Below are positions 1-9,802 of a DNA stretch of 64,000 nucleotides, piece by piece (the first letter of the stretch is position 1; the number at the start of each line of letters is the position of its first letter). The position numbers and the translations under genes are program-made. This stretch comes from Thermoplasmatota archaeon (lineage in GTDB: Archaea; Thermoplasmatota; Thermoplasmata; Thermoplasmatales; Thermoplasmataceae): the NCBI GenBank assembly GCA_023379845.1, contig JAMCPG010000023.1:6969-70968 (forward strand), written 5' to 3'. The notes beneath the pieces were generated by a model. It was given only the letters and a program-made list of their open reading frames with translations, ran no database searches and was not told where the DNA came from.

Positions 1-572
1 GCTACTATGCATTCTTCGCCGAAATCGTAAAGACTGATAAATTCAACTTCGCTGACATCGTCACCCCAGACTATCTCGCCATTGAGGGTTACTCGCTGAG
101 AGTTCAAGGGTACTCCTGCTGGAATATTCTTACCCCTGAACGCCTGCACTGCATAGTAGGTATCCCCAAAAAACAGGACCTGGTGGAAAAATCCGGTATG
201 CTTTTCCAGGATTGTTCCACTCTTAAGTATGTATAGAAGGCCTTCATCTGATCCATCTGTCTCAAAATATGCAACCCTGTCAAAATCATCCGAGACGCTG
301 AACCATGTTATGAGACTCGGTGTGGATGCAACTTCCTTTCCGTCAATAACAAGCCTGTAAAAGCCTTTCTCCTTGTAAAGGCGTGCGGAATGATTGCCGT
401 TTATCCTTGCCTGTATCGTTATAGGAATGTCTGTGAATTTTCTCAGGTCATCGACTATGCCTGACGATGTTTTTCCATAACGCCTCTTGAATGTTTTAGT
501 GGCTTCCTTTGCAAACTCAAGCGTTGATGCGTCGAGTGTTTCAAAATCGGTAAATTCATCGGATTCGATCAT
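1..572 (-). CDS. S9A prolyl-oligopeptidase-like protein, N-terminal 190 codons (gene continues past window start)
   Basis: Checked by hand. The minus-strand frame is open from the ATG at 572-570 down to position 3, with an upstream in-frame stop at 605-603. It is absent from the ORF track because its stop lies outside the window. The translation MIESDEFTDFETLDASTLEFAKEATKTFKRRYG...RVAYFETDGSDEGLLYILKSG resembles, from memory, the N-terminal helix plus first propeller blades of archaeal prolyl endopeptidases. Not searched. Confidence 0.45.
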   Translation of the reverse strand, partial: MIESDEFTDFETLDASTLEFAKEATKTFKRRYGKTSSGIVDDLRKFTDIPITIQARINGNHSARLYKEKGFYRLVIDGKEVASTPSLITWFSVSDDFDRVAYFETDGSDEGLLYILKSGTILEKHTGFFHQVLFFGDTYYAVQAFRGKNIPAGVPLNSQRVTLNGEIVWGDDVSEVEFISLYDFGEECIV

Positions 573-703
573 TTTACAGCTAGAAGGAATCGCTTGTGCG
601 ACTTAAGAATTCGTCGATCAGTTCTTTGCCTTGGGTCAATCCAAGATCCAGACACTAAATCCGGCTTTGAAAAATGCTATTTACGTGACCGCAATCCTGA
701 GGT

Positions 704-3403
704 ATGTCGTCAAAGTACCTTATGAAGAAGAGTTTTGTTTCGGCCGGAAAGAAGTATGATTACATATCCATACCCGCACTTGAAAAGAATGGAGTGAAAG
801 TATCCAAGCTGCCTCTATCTATCAGGATTATCGCAGAGTCGCTGATACGCAATGAAGATGGAGTTGGAATCACCGAGTCAGACATTGAAAACGTTCTTAA
901 CTGGAATGCAAAGGCAGTTTCAGACAATGAGGTTCCACTGATAGTTGCGAGGGTCCTTATGCAGGATTTCACCGGTGTCCCCGCCATAGTGGATCTGGCA
1001 TCCATGAGGGATAAGATGAAGTCCATGGGAAAGGATCCCGCCCTCATTAACCCGTCTGTGCCTGTGGACCTGGTCGTGGACCACTCGGTCCAGGTCGATT
1101 TTTACGGCGACAATGAGGCATTTGAGAAAAACACTGAGATGGAATTCAAGCGCAACTACGAAAGATACAAGTTCCTTAAGTGGGCTAAGAATTCATTCTC
1201 AAACTTCAGGATAGTGCCTCCCGGGGTGGGTATTGTTCACCAGGTTAATCTGGAATACCTGGGCAATGTTGTGGCAACCAGAACCGGTAATGGCGAAAAC
1301 CTTGCATTTTTCGACAGCCTGGTTGGAACAGATTCACACACTACAATGATCAATGGGTTGGGTATACTCGGATTTGGCGTCGGCGGGATAGAGGCCGAAG
1401 CCGCAATGTTGAACGAACCCGTTACTTTTCAGTTGCCTGCAGTTGTGGGCGTGAACCTGCATGGAAAACTCAGGGAGGGTATAACGGCAACAGATCTTGT
1501 GTTAACCCTTACCAATATTCTCAGAAAAGCGAACGTGGTAGGAAAGTTTGTGGAATTTTTCGGTGACGGAGTCTCACAGCTGAGTGTGCCAGACAGGGCA
1601 ACCCTTTCCAACATGTGCCCGGAATATGGGGCTACCGTAGCCCTGTTCCCGGTTGATGATCGTACTATAGATTACCTGGAGCTGACGGGCAGGAGCAAGA
1701 ACCAGGTAGACTTGGTCAAGCAGTACATGAAAGAGCAGGGCATGTTTGGCGTTCCGCGCGGAATTGAATACAGCGAACTGATCGATCTTGATCTTTCTAC
1801 AATAAAGACAACCATCTCAGGACCAAGATTGCCGCAGCAGAAAACTGATCTCGCCGATTCGAAATCAAATTTCCTGAACTTCCTTGAGGGGGAAGAATCC
1901 ATTCCCACGGGAAGAAAGCAGCAGAAACAGGTGAACCTGAAGAGGATACCGCTGAAGATCAAAGGTAAGGATGAAGTCCTGACTGATGGCGACGTTGTAA
2001 TAGCGGCAATAACAAGCTGCACCAATACAAGCAACCAGAATGTCATGGTTGCAGCTGGCCTGCTGGCAAAGAAGGCTGTTGAGAAAGGGCTGCATGTAAA
2101 CCCGAAGGTCAAGACTTCACTTGCGCCTGGTTCCAGGGTGGTATCGGATTATCTCGAGAAGTCTGGTCTCCAGAAATATCTTGACGAGCTGGGCTTCTAT
2201 CTTGCTGGCTACGGATGCACTACATGCATAGGAAACAGCGGTCCACTTGATCCCGCAATCGAGAATACCATAAACGAGGGGAAACTTTCGGTTTCGGCAG
2301 TGCTCTCCGGAAACAGGAATTTTGAAGCCAGGATTCATAAGGACGTAAGGGCAAACTATTTGATGTCGCCTCCGCTTGTTGTAGCTTTTGCCCTTGCCGG
2401 GACGGTTGTTGTCGACCTGGATCATGATCCCGTCGGACTGTCGGCAGATGGAAAGCCAGTCTATCTCAAGGATATCTGGCCCACAAGCGAGGAAATAGAC
2501 AAGGTTTTAAAGACATACCTGTCAAGCAACGTTTACAAGGAGAAGTATAAGGACCTGGATTCCTACAACAAAAACTGGTCTGATCTTCCATCGGAGGGTG
2601 GGGAAACGTATAACTGGGACCAGAAGAGCACATACATAAGGAACCCAACATTTTTTGACCACTTTACACCGGGGGAGTCTAAGCGGCTTGAGAAGATTGA
2701 GAATGCACGTGCACTTCTGGTGCTGGGGGATTCAATAACCACCGATCATATATCGCCAGCTGGATCGATCTCGAAAGCCAGCCCGGCTGGCAAATATCTT
2801 CTTGAGCACGGTGTCGAGCCCGCTGACTTTAACTCCTATGGCTCGAGAAGGGGAAATCACGAAGTCATGATGCGAGGGACCTTTGCGAATCCCAGAATCA
2901 AGAATCTACTTGTAAAGGCTGAAGGAGGAAATACCATCTATTTCCCTGAAAAAAAGGAGATGCCCATCTATGACGCCTCCACGAAGTATGTGAAAGATAA
3001 CAGCCCGCAGATTGTCTTTGCAGGAAAGGAGTACGGGTCTGGTAGCTCTAGAGATTGGGCTGCAAAGGGTCCATACCTCCTTGGCATCAAAGCAGTTATT
3101 GCCCAGAGTTACGAGAGGATCCACAGATCCAACCTGGTAGGAATGGGGGTTGTTCCGTTGCAGTTCAAGCCAGGACGTAGCTTTGCAGTACTCAACGCAG
3201 ATGCTTCTAAGCCATTCTCGATAGTGTTCAACGGAATGCGCAGGGGATCAGCGAGGCTTTCGTATACAGACAACGGTGGAAAAAAGCACGAAGAGGACCT
3301 GGATGTGAGAATAGACAACAAGGCGGAAGAGCAGTACTTTGAAAGAGGCGGTATACTGCAGAACGCGATGACCAACATACTCCTGCAGGAGAATAAAGAG
3401 TGA
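704..3403 (+). CDS. acnA: aconitate hydratase (aconitase A / IRP type)
   Basis: 899-aa ORF. Fe-S ligand motifs ITSCTNTSN and GYGCTTCIGNSGPL are present. So are GVGGIEAEAAML, SGNRNFEARIH and the swivel-domain GKEYGSGSSRDWAAKG. Confidence 0.97.
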   Translation: MSSKYLMKKSFVSAGKKYDYISIPALEKNGVKVSKLPLSIRIIAESLIRNEDGVGITESDIENVLNWNAKAVSDNEVPLIVARVLMQDFTGVPAIVDLASMRDKMKSMGKDPALINPSVPVDLVVDHSVQVDFYGDNEAFEKNTEMEFKRNYERYKFLKWAKNSFSNFRIVPPGVGIVHQVNLEYLGNVVATRTGNGENLAFFDSLVGTDSHTTMINGLGILGFGVGGIEAEAAMLNEPVTFQLPAVVGVNLHGKLREGITATDLVLTLTNILRKANVVGKFVEFFGDGVSQLSVPDRATLSNMCPEYGATVALFPVDDRTIDYLELTGRSKNQVDLVKQYMKEQGMFGVPRGIEYSELIDLDLSTIKTTISGPRLPQQKTDLADSKSNFLNFLEGEESIPTGRKQQKQVNLKRIPLKIKGKDEVLTDGDVVIAAITSCTNTSNQNVMVAAGLLAKKAVEKGLHVNPKVKTSLAPGSRVVSDYLEKSGLQKYLDELGFYLAGYGCTTCIGNSGPLDPAIENTINEGKLSVSAVLSGNRNFEARIHKDVRANYLMSPPLVVAFALAGTVVVDLDHDPVGLSADGKPVYLKDIWPTSEEIDKVLKTYLSSNVYKEKYKDLDSYNKNWSDLPSEGGETYNWDQKSTYIRNPTFFDHFTPGESKRLEKIENARALLVLGDSITTDHISPAGSISKASPAGKYLLEHGVEPADFNSYGSRRGNHEVMMRGTFANPRIKNLLVKAEGGNTIYFPEKKEMPIYDASTKYVKDNSPQIVFAGKEYGSGSSRDWAAKGPYLLGIKAVIAQSYERIHRSNLVGMGVVPLQFKPGRSFAVLNADASKPFSIVFNGMRRGSARLSYTDNGGKKHEEDLDVRIDNKAEEQYFERGGILQNAMTNILLQENKE

Positions 3404-4377
3404 AGATTGCACTGATCGGACTGGGACAGGTTGGAAGAAGTTTCCTCAGGATACTCGCTGAAAACCGCGCATTTTACCAAGAGAAGCTTGGAACAAAGCT
3501 TGATATTGCTGTGGCAGCCGATTTCCATCATATGCTACATTCAGATGATGGGATGGATCCTCAACGTTTATTGTATTACAAGGAAAAGGGAGACATATGG
3601 GGGACAGGTTACGCTGAAGTTGAAAGAGAAGCCCTTTTTGACATGGATTTTGACGTGTTGGTGGATCTCATGCCAGCCACATCGGACGGAATCCGTGCAA
3701 GAGATCTTTATCTTGAGACCTTTAAAAGATCAAGGGATGTTGTGACCGCATGCAAATCCGGCCTGGCTAATTTCTGGCCTGAAATAATGAGTTCATCTGT
3801 ATCGAGTGGCAGAAAGATAAGATACGAGGCCACTGTCGCAGGCGGCGTTCCGTTTTTCAGCTTCATGCAGAAATGTCTGCGTTCATCCGCAATTACGAAA
3901 ATAGTTGGCCAGGTCAACAGTGCAGCCAACTATGTCCTCCTGAGCATTGCAAAGGGAGATACGTTCGATCATTCGATAGAAGAGGCGGGAAAGCTCGGAA
4001 TACTGGAAGCAAATTACCATTTTGACACCCTCGGTTACGATAGTGCATGGAAAACAGTCATAACTGCAAATTCTGTTTTTGGATCATCGCTAAGGGCCGG
4101 GGACATTGTGTTCGAGGGTGTGGAAGGCATGAATCCAAAAACCGCCGATCTTGAAAATACCAGGCTGCTCGCTGAGATTGAGCTACAGAATGGAGAGCTG
4201 GCCGCATCCTCAAAACTGAAAAAGCTTGATCCTTCTGATCCACTTGCCTCACTCAAGGGGAAGGGCCTCGGTTTCACCGTATATATGAAGGGAAGAGCTC
4301 CGCTTACCGTGCTTGAATTCAACGATGGGCCAACTGAAACAGCTACTGCTGTAATAAATGACCTACTTCTTCTTTGA
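3400..4377 (+). CDS. hom: homoserine dehydrogenase
   Basis: 325 aa. The GTG start overlaps the acnA stop (GTGA at 3400-3403). N-terminal Rossmann motif IALIGLGQVGRSF. The YEATVAGGVPFF motif is typical of homoserine dehydrogenases. Confidence 0.85.
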   Translation: MKIALIGLGQVGRSFLRILAENRAFYQEKLGTKLDIAVAADFHHMLHSDDGMDPQRLLYYKEKGDIWGTGYAEVEREALFDMDFDVLVDLMPATSDGIRARDLYLETFKRSRDVVTACKSGLANFWPEIMSSSVSSGRKIRYEATVAGGVPFFSFMQKCLRSSAITKIVGQVNSAANYVLLSIAKGDTFDHSIEEAGKLGILEANYHFDTLGYDSAWKTVITANSVFGSSLRAGDIVFEGVEGMNPKTADLENTRLLAEIELQNGELAASSKLKKLDPSDPLASLKGKGLGFTVYMKGRAPLTVLEFNDGPTETATAVINDLLLL

Positions 4378-6159
4378 CCTGCCGGGCTTTTGACTGCCTG
4401 ACATGTGCAGGTCCAGCCATTCAAGCTTCCTCTGCAGCCTGTCAAGCATGTTTCTTGGAACACCGTGCCTGGCATGCTCATGAGAGTCCCCCGGATAGCG
4501 GGCAAGCACTGTTTCCACGCCATTAAGCTTAAGTGCAGAGAACATCTGCTCAGACTGTTCAATGGGACATCTGTAGTCATCTTCACCATGTATAAACAGG
4601 GTTGGTGTTCTCGCATTTTTTGCCCTGGTTATGGGTGACATTTCAAGCAGGGTATGCATGCCGCTTTCAGACCATGGATCCTCAACGCCGGATTCAATTG
4701 CATTGAACCAGAAACCAATGTCGCTCGTTCCGCACATGCTCATCAGGTTAGAGACGCATCTCTCAGCAATTGCGGCCTTGAAGCGGTTTGTCTGGACAAT
4801 TGCAGCATTGGTCATGTATCCGCCATATGATCCACCGGTAATTGCAAAGTTCTCGTCGACTTTATGCATTTTAACCGCTGCATCCATGTAGGCCAGAATA
4901 TCCTTAAAATCCTTTCCGCCCCAATCTCCTACGCACTGCGATGCGAACTTTTCTCCATAGCCTGATGATCCGCGTGGATTCCCGTAAAGCACATTGTAGG
5001 AGTTGTTTGCTAGGAAATTGAACTCAATAGAGTATGCATAGCCGTAAGCTGTGTGTGGCCCACCATGAACACATACCACAGTACCCTTTGCCTTTCCCTT
5101 AGCAGGCATCAGCCAGGCATCCTGGCCGTTTACCTTTAGTTCTCTGGGTTCGATTCCTCTGACAGATGGATTGAGGTCGAGTTCCTTTCCGAACACAACG
5201 ACAGATGGTTTGATGGGTGTTGTATATATGTAAGCCAGCTTCCCATCTTGAATGTCGAATGACCTTACATTCATCTTGTCGCCGGTCAGCCTGCCTGGTT
5301 TCTTTCCATAGCTATACACGGATGAGGAACCGGCATCCTGGCCGATCATGTAGAATGATCCATGATCGAAGATAAGAGCCTCTCCGGGTCCAACAAAAAT
5401 GTCGGTTCCGACTGAACTGCTGGCGCTTTTTGCTATATCCACGCTCTTTCCATCCTCCGGGAACATCAGCTTGGAAGGTACCCATGGCTTCTTTCCATCC
5501 CTGTGCCCAATATAAGCAACACTGCCGTCGTTGGAAACTGCAACACTGGAGGCCACGCCTTTGCCTGTTGTGATTCTTTTGTATTTACCCGTCGATAGGT
5601 TGAGATCGTAGATATCCTGCAGGCCAGTATCGTCATCCTCGATAGTGGCACTGAATACAACCCTGTTTTGATTGGCTGCAATATCCACAACGTCAAAATC
5701 TCCGTACACAAGATCTTTTAGATCGGGCCATATTATAGCTAATTTTTTCCTAGTCCTGAAGTATCCCTGAGAATCGAAACGGTACTTGAGCTTCTTTGCA
5801 ATGAATGGTGCTTCCTTGTCTGCTTTATCCTGTACTATTGCAATGACACGATCTCCTGCGAAAATATACTTGCCTATTGACTTGGTTGAGTATAGTTTTC
5901 TTGGTTCGCTTATACCTTCTATAACGTAAAGCGACTCCTCATCTTTTGTGTAGGATACAAAAAACAACGAGCCGCGGTGTATCTTTGCCTTTTTTTCGTG
6001 ACCTCCAAATGTCACTCTTTCCTCCTTTCTTCCATCAAAACTGTAGATGGAGGATCTGTATTCATTACCCTCTATCCATGTCACAGTAAAGTATGCCTTT
6101 CCGTCGGCAACAGAGATCTCTGAACCTATCCTTATTGAGTATGCTTCTTCTGCCTTCAT
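4363..6159 (-). CDS. S9-family serine peptidase (acylaminoacyl-peptidase / dipeptidyl-peptidase type)
   Basis: 598 aa. Propeller-like N-terminal two thirds, then an alpha/beta-hydrolase domain. The domain has the nucleophile elbow GGSYGGYM, then HGEDDYRCP (Asp) and YPGDSHE (His). Confidence 0.88.
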   Translation of the reverse strand: MKAEEAYSIRIGSEISVADGKAYFTVTWIEGNEYRSSIYSFDGRKEERVTFGGHEKKAKIHRGSLFFVSYTKDEESLYVIEGISEPRKLYSTKSIGKYIFAGDRVIAIVQDKADKEAPFIAKKLKYRFDSQGYFRTRKKLAIIWPDLKDLVYGDFDVVDIAANQNRVVFSATIEDDDTGLQDIYDLNLSTGKYKRITTGKGVASSVAVSNDGSVAYIGHRDGKKPWVPSKLMFPEDGKSVDIAKSASSSVGTDIFVGPGEALIFDHGSFYMIGQDAGSSSVYSYGKKPGRLTGDKMNVRSFDIQDGKLAYIYTTPIKPSVVVFGKELDLNPSVRGIEPRELKVNGQDAWLMPAKGKAKGTVVCVHGGPHTAYGYAYSIEFNFLANNSYNVLYGNPRGSSGYGEKFASQCVGDWGGKDFKDILAYMDAAVKMHKVDENFAITGGSYGGYMTNAAIVQTNRFKAAIAERCVSNLMSMCGTSDIGFWFNAIESGVEDPWSESGMHTLLEMSPITRAKNARTPTLFIHGEDDYRCPIEQSEQMFSALKLNGVETVLARYPGDSHEHARHGVPRNMLDRLQRKLEWLDLHMSGSQKPGRSKKK

Positions 6160-6180
6160 GCAGATGTTATTCCAGAAAGC

Positions 6181-6190
6181 GTTTTAATAC
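6181..6190 (-). promoter_or_regulatory. TATA-like box for the S9 peptidase gene (leaderless arrangement)
   Basis: Minus strand reads GTATTAAAAC. Its centre is about 27 nt upstream of the ATG at 6159. Confidence 0.4.
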
Positions 6191-6391
6191 CTTCGTCTCA
6201 TCCGGCATCCGCTCAATTTTGCAACCTGTACCATGGTCGAACCACTAGAAATATGATTCTTAGATATCATGGTGGTCTCGTTTATGATCAACATATCTTT
6301 GTCATAGAGTGCCAGGCGCCTTTGGCTATTACCTCAAGTTGTCCTTTTTACGGGCATTCCCGCAGCATTAATGGAATTAGATTGAAACAAC

Positions 6392-7726
6392 CTAAAGTTT
6401 TGGCAAGTATCTCTCTGTCTCCCACTTAGTTACAAATGACCTGAAGGAGTCCCACTCTCTCTGCTTCACGACCGCGAAGTTCTCGAAGATGTGCGATCCA
6501 AGCATGTCATGCATTAACTTGCTCTGCCTGAAGTGGTGTAGCGCTTCCCCAAGGCTTTCTGGCATAGATCCTATGCCATGTTTTAATCTATCTTCGGCGG
6601 TCATGTGATATATATCGCGTTCAACCGGTTCCGGTGGTTCCAGTCTATTCTTGATGCCATCGAGGCCCATTGATAATATTGCGGCGAACTGGAGGTAAGG
6701 GTTTCCCGCAGGGTCAGGGCAGCGCAACTCCATTCTCTTCCTGTTTCCAATGCCTGCTGGAACCCTGACAAGGGCACTCCTGTTCTTGTTGGCCCATGAT
6801 ATGTAAACGGGTGCCTCGTACCCAGGGATAAGCCGTTTGTAAGAGTTCACCCAAGATGCCAGGATCGCAGAGGCTTCGCTTATATGGGTAAGTACACCAG
6901 CAAGATAGTGCATAGCCATCTCGCTCAATCCATACTTAGCCTTTTCATCATAAAAGTAGTTCATTTCCTCGTCGATAGACATAATGCTCTGGTGGACATG
7001 CATACCCGATCCATTGACCCCGTTTATTGGCTTGGGCATGAAAGTTGCATAATACCCATGCCTCTGTGCAGTGTTCTTAATTATACTTTTCAGCATAGCA
7101 ACACGATCTGCCATAACTAAAGCTGGCGCATACCTGAGATCTATTTCATGCTGCCCGAACGCTACTTCATGGTGGGCAGCCTCCGGCTGGTATCCTAACT
7201 TATTCAATTCATTAAGAATGTCCATTCTCACGAGTCCGGCCCTGTCGAGCGGCGTGTTATCAAAGTAACCTCCGAAGTCTACCGGTTCATTTGTCGGGTT
7301 GCCGTTCTGGTCATACTTGAAGAGGAAGAACTCAAATTCAGGGCCTACAAAAAACTGCTTCTTCTCCTTTTCCAGCTTTTCAAGAAGAGATTTCAAAACA
7401 TATCGCGGATCGCCTGGAAAACGTTCTCCTGCAGGAGTATAGATGTCACAGATGAACCTTCCAACCTTGTATGAGTTGGTTTCGTCAGGAAGAAGAGTGA
7501 AGGTGTCAAAGTCCGGTACGGCCCGCATGTCGGACTCTTCGATCTGAGCGTATCCTGCGACAGAGCTCCCATCAAACAAAACTCCTTCTGTGACAGCATT
7601 TTCGAATCGATTTTTGGGCACGGTGAGCGTCTTTACGAAACCAAGTATGTCGGTAAACTGCATTTGCAGAAAAGATACTTTTTCGGCTGATATCCTGTCC
7701 ATAATGGCCTTGATATTATCTTCCAT
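6392..7726 (-). CDS. glnA: glutamine synthetase, type I
   Basis: GS-I motifs GPEFEFFLFK, NGSGMHVHQS and WANKNRSALVRVP. The ORF track begins at a GTG at 7744. I prefer the ATG at 7726 (MEDNIKAIMD...) because a TATA-like box sits about 28 nt upstream of it. Confidence 0.95.
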   Translation of the reverse strand: MEDNIKAIMDRISAEKVSFLQMQFTDILGFVKTLTVPKNRFENAVTEGVLFDGSSVAGYAQIEESDMRAVPDFDTFTLLPDETNSYKVGRFICDIYTPAGERFPGDPRYVLKSLLEKLEKEKKQFFVGPEFEFFLFKYDQNGNPTNEPVDFGGYFDNTPLDRAGLVRMDILNELNKLGYQPEAAHHEVAFGQHEIDLRYAPALVMADRVAMLKSIIKNTAQRHGYYATFMPKPINGVNGSGMHVHQSIMSIDEEMNYFYDEKAKYGLSEMAMHYLAGVLTHISEASAILASWVNSYKRLIPGYEAPVYISWANKNRSALVRVPAGIGNRKRMELRCPDPAGNPYLQFAAILSMGLDGIKNRLEPPEPVERDIYHMTAEDRLKHGIGSMPESLGEALHHFRQSKLMHDMLGSHIFENFAVVKQREWDSFRSFVTKWETERYLPKL

Positions 7727-7749
7727 TGGAAAGGCATTAGTCACCCTGC

Positions 7750-7757
7750 ATAAAAAT
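7750..7757 (-). promoter_or_regulatory. TATA-like box for glnA
   Basis: Minus strand reads ATTTTTAT, centred about 28 nt upstream of the ATG at 7726. Confidence 0.45.
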
Positions 7758-7907
7758 GTTTAGTATGAATGTTGGACAAACTTTGTTAGTGTCTTTTATA
7801 CCAGCAAATTTAAAAAATGTCTTGTCTAGCACCTATGTTTGCGTGACTTAGACACGCAATATCAGGAAAATCACCGAAAAAAGGACATTAGCTATAAATA
7901 TGACGCA

Positions 7908-9722
7908 ATGATCCAAATTGCAATGATCGGAAACAAAAATAAGGTAAAAATTTTGACTGGTGTTGTTTTTCTAGTCATGATAATGGTACTTTCGCTTTTA
8001 GTACCAGCTTCTAGCGCCAGCCCGCAGAGCGATGTTATCCACGTGTTGAACGCCACAAAAGATCCAACTATTCCAACAGGTTTTCCTCCTGCAAATTTTT
8101 CCAACCCGCAGGCGGCTATGCCTCCGCCTATACCAGATACAACACCCGTTATTGTTAATGTAACCCAATTTGGTCAGCTCAATATTCCCAAAGGTGTTTG
8201 GGAAGCCATAATCCTCAATGTAACAGGATATGATGCTGGTACTGCCTATGACTACTTCAACAGCTTTACCGTCGACAACAGCACGGTCTGGCTCGGTGTC
8301 AACCCAGAGGCCGGTTCATGGGCAGTGAATGTTAACATAAGTCTTTTCGCGAGTTACTTTGACCACAAGTCTCAGGTAACTGTATCAGGCTCAACGCTAG
8401 GTGAACACACAAATTTCCATGGAATACAATACAATAACTATACTTTGTACTTTTACCCGGTTCCTCAAGGACAGCAAGCTCCATCATATCCAACGATGAT
8501 AGAACCAATCCATGCCGGCAACAACACTGTCAATATACCAACAGATACGAGAGCAGCGTTCATCCAATCGATAGTTATAGATGGCGAGTTTCAGTACACT
8601 TGCGATCCCAGTTGGGAAGGTTATTACTTCAATATAAATGGCCATAAGGCAGCAAACCAGTTTATCTTTCCATGGATTAATTCCGGAGGAATTGATCTCT
8701 TCACCTGGAGGCCCATATACCCACCTTACATGCTGAATCACCAGTGGACTACAGCCAACATCACAGGTATGCTTGGAATGATAGAAGGGGGCAGCGTGAA
8801 CCTGCAGATGCTTGCATCAAATAGCAGCCCAGGCATTGGCCTTAACATAGGCAATCTTTTCCTGTACACGGATTCCTCTGTCTTGGGAGCCCAACAGATC
8901 TCATATTCTTACCATGATGGCTCGCTTAAAACCGTCCATAGAATTCAAAGCGGCCTAGTGAATGAGAATGGAAACAATTACTCATATTACGCCAGCTACA
9001 AGAACGTCAGATTTTCTTATTCAACCTTGTTGCAAACCACAACAGGAAAAATTCTTATCAAATCAAGCACATACATGAAATATTACAACAGGCAGATTTT
9101 CCCGAATTCTGTTTGGCAAAACCTCACAATGGTCCAAGAGGCAGTAATACATACTTCAGTGCTTTACGATGAGGTGAACCATCATGGAGACGTTCAGAGA
9201 GTCAGGGACGTTTACTGGCCGCTTAGTTTTGATTACGGAGCCGTTATTAGTTACCTTTACAGCGAACCCAGAGGTTTGTCCTTCTATAACTATTCGAGTT
9301 ATTTCTTCAACGTGATGGAGGCTTATAACACAAGTGTGTTTACCAATTCCTATGATGGCTGGAATGCTCATAGTTCATATGTTTCAACGGGAGACATGAT
9401 TTACGGAACAAACGGTGAATTCACGAGTGTTTTAGAAGAAGGACCAGGATTCGCAATCATAGGGAACATTACGTCTTCGTATCACCAGACGAACAAGATA
9501 TACACATATCTCTCAATACAGCATTCACGAGGATCTGTTAGTATAGATGCGTGGGTACACCATCTTTCGGGCGTCGAAAACAACTCAACTACCTACTACG
9601 TCCAAGAGAATTTGACAACCAATTCAATTTTTTCCATATCGATCGTTCATGGATTGGGTCGCGATGGTCATGGGCATGACGATGTACAGATGATGTCCGA
9701 ATCCAGGTATTTGCATCGATAA
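7908..9722 (+). CDS. membrane-anchored/secreted sequon-rich protein, tentatively PNGase A-like
   Basis: N-terminal hydrophobic anchor ILTGVVFLVMIMVLSLLVPASSA. I count about 18 N-x-S/T sequons. The segment VWEAIILNVTGYDAGTAYDYF...VWLGVNPEAGSWAVNVNIS...YNNYTLYFYP recalls the conserved core of PF12222 (PNGase A). This is from memory and was not searched. The ORF-track TTG start at 7839 was replaced by the first ATG at 7908. Confidence 0.6.
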   Translation: MIQIAMIGNKNKVKILTGVVFLVMIMVLSLLVPASSASPQSDVIHVLNATKDPTIPTGFPPANFSNPQAAMPPPIPDTTPVIVNVTQFGQLNIPKGVWEAIILNVTGYDAGTAYDYFNSFTVDNSTVWLGVNPEAGSWAVNVNISLFASYFDHKSQVTVSGSTLGEHTNFHGIQYNNYTLYFYPVPQGQQAPSYPTMIEPIHAGNNTVNIPTDTRAAFIQSIVIDGEFQYTCDPSWEGYYFNINGHKAANQFIFPWINSGGIDLFTWRPIYPPYMLNHQWTTANITGMLGMIEGGSVNLQMLASNSSPGIGLNIGNLFLYTDSSVLGAQQISYSYHDGSLKTVHRIQSGLVNENGNNYSYYASYKNVRFSYSTLLQTTTGKILIKSSTYMKYYNRQIFPNSVWQNLTMVQEAVIHTSVLYDEVNHHGDVQRVRDVYWPLSFDYGAVISYLYSEPRGLSFYNYSSYFFNVMEAYNTSVFTNSYDGWNAHSSYVSTGDMIYGTNGEFTSVLEEGPGFAIIGNITSSYHQTNKIYTYLSIQHSRGSVSIDAWVHHLSGVENNSTTYYVQENLTTNSIFSISIVHGLGRDGHGHDDVQMMSESRYLHR

Positions 9723-9770
9723 ATACTCTTTTTTCTTTATTTAATCGATGCAAACAATTTTTTTTATTTT
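9712..9770. terminator. hairpin plus T-runs between convergent genes
   Basis: TGCATCGATAAATA (9712-9725) pairs with TATTTAATCGATGCA (9738-9752): 14 bp with one bulged A. The loop is T-rich (CTCTTTTTTCTT). A T8 run follows at about 9758-9765. The hairpin spans the stop codon at 9720-9722. Confidence 0.45.
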
Positions 9771-9802
9771 GAAAACAGTTTTTATCATGCTGCTTTCTAC
9801 CT

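Noticed and set aside
104-289. 61-aa ORF from the ORF track on the minus strand
   Set aside because: It lies in a different frame, inside the long open frame 1-572 that has peptidase-like sequence. Most likely spurious.
4363-4377. 15-nt overlap of the convergent 3' ends of hom and the S9 peptidase gene
   Set aside because: Real in the sequence, but a common feature of compact archaeal genomes. No extra structure noticed.
4035-4616. 193-aa minus-strand ORF spanning the hom/peptidase junction
   Set aside because: It overlaps two well-supported genes in other frames.
6160-6391. 232-nt spacer between the peptidase gene and glnA with 36- and 58-codon ORFs
   Set aside because: No motif support. 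One ORF overlaps the glnA 3' end. The region more likely holds only the peptidase promoter and the glnA terminator.
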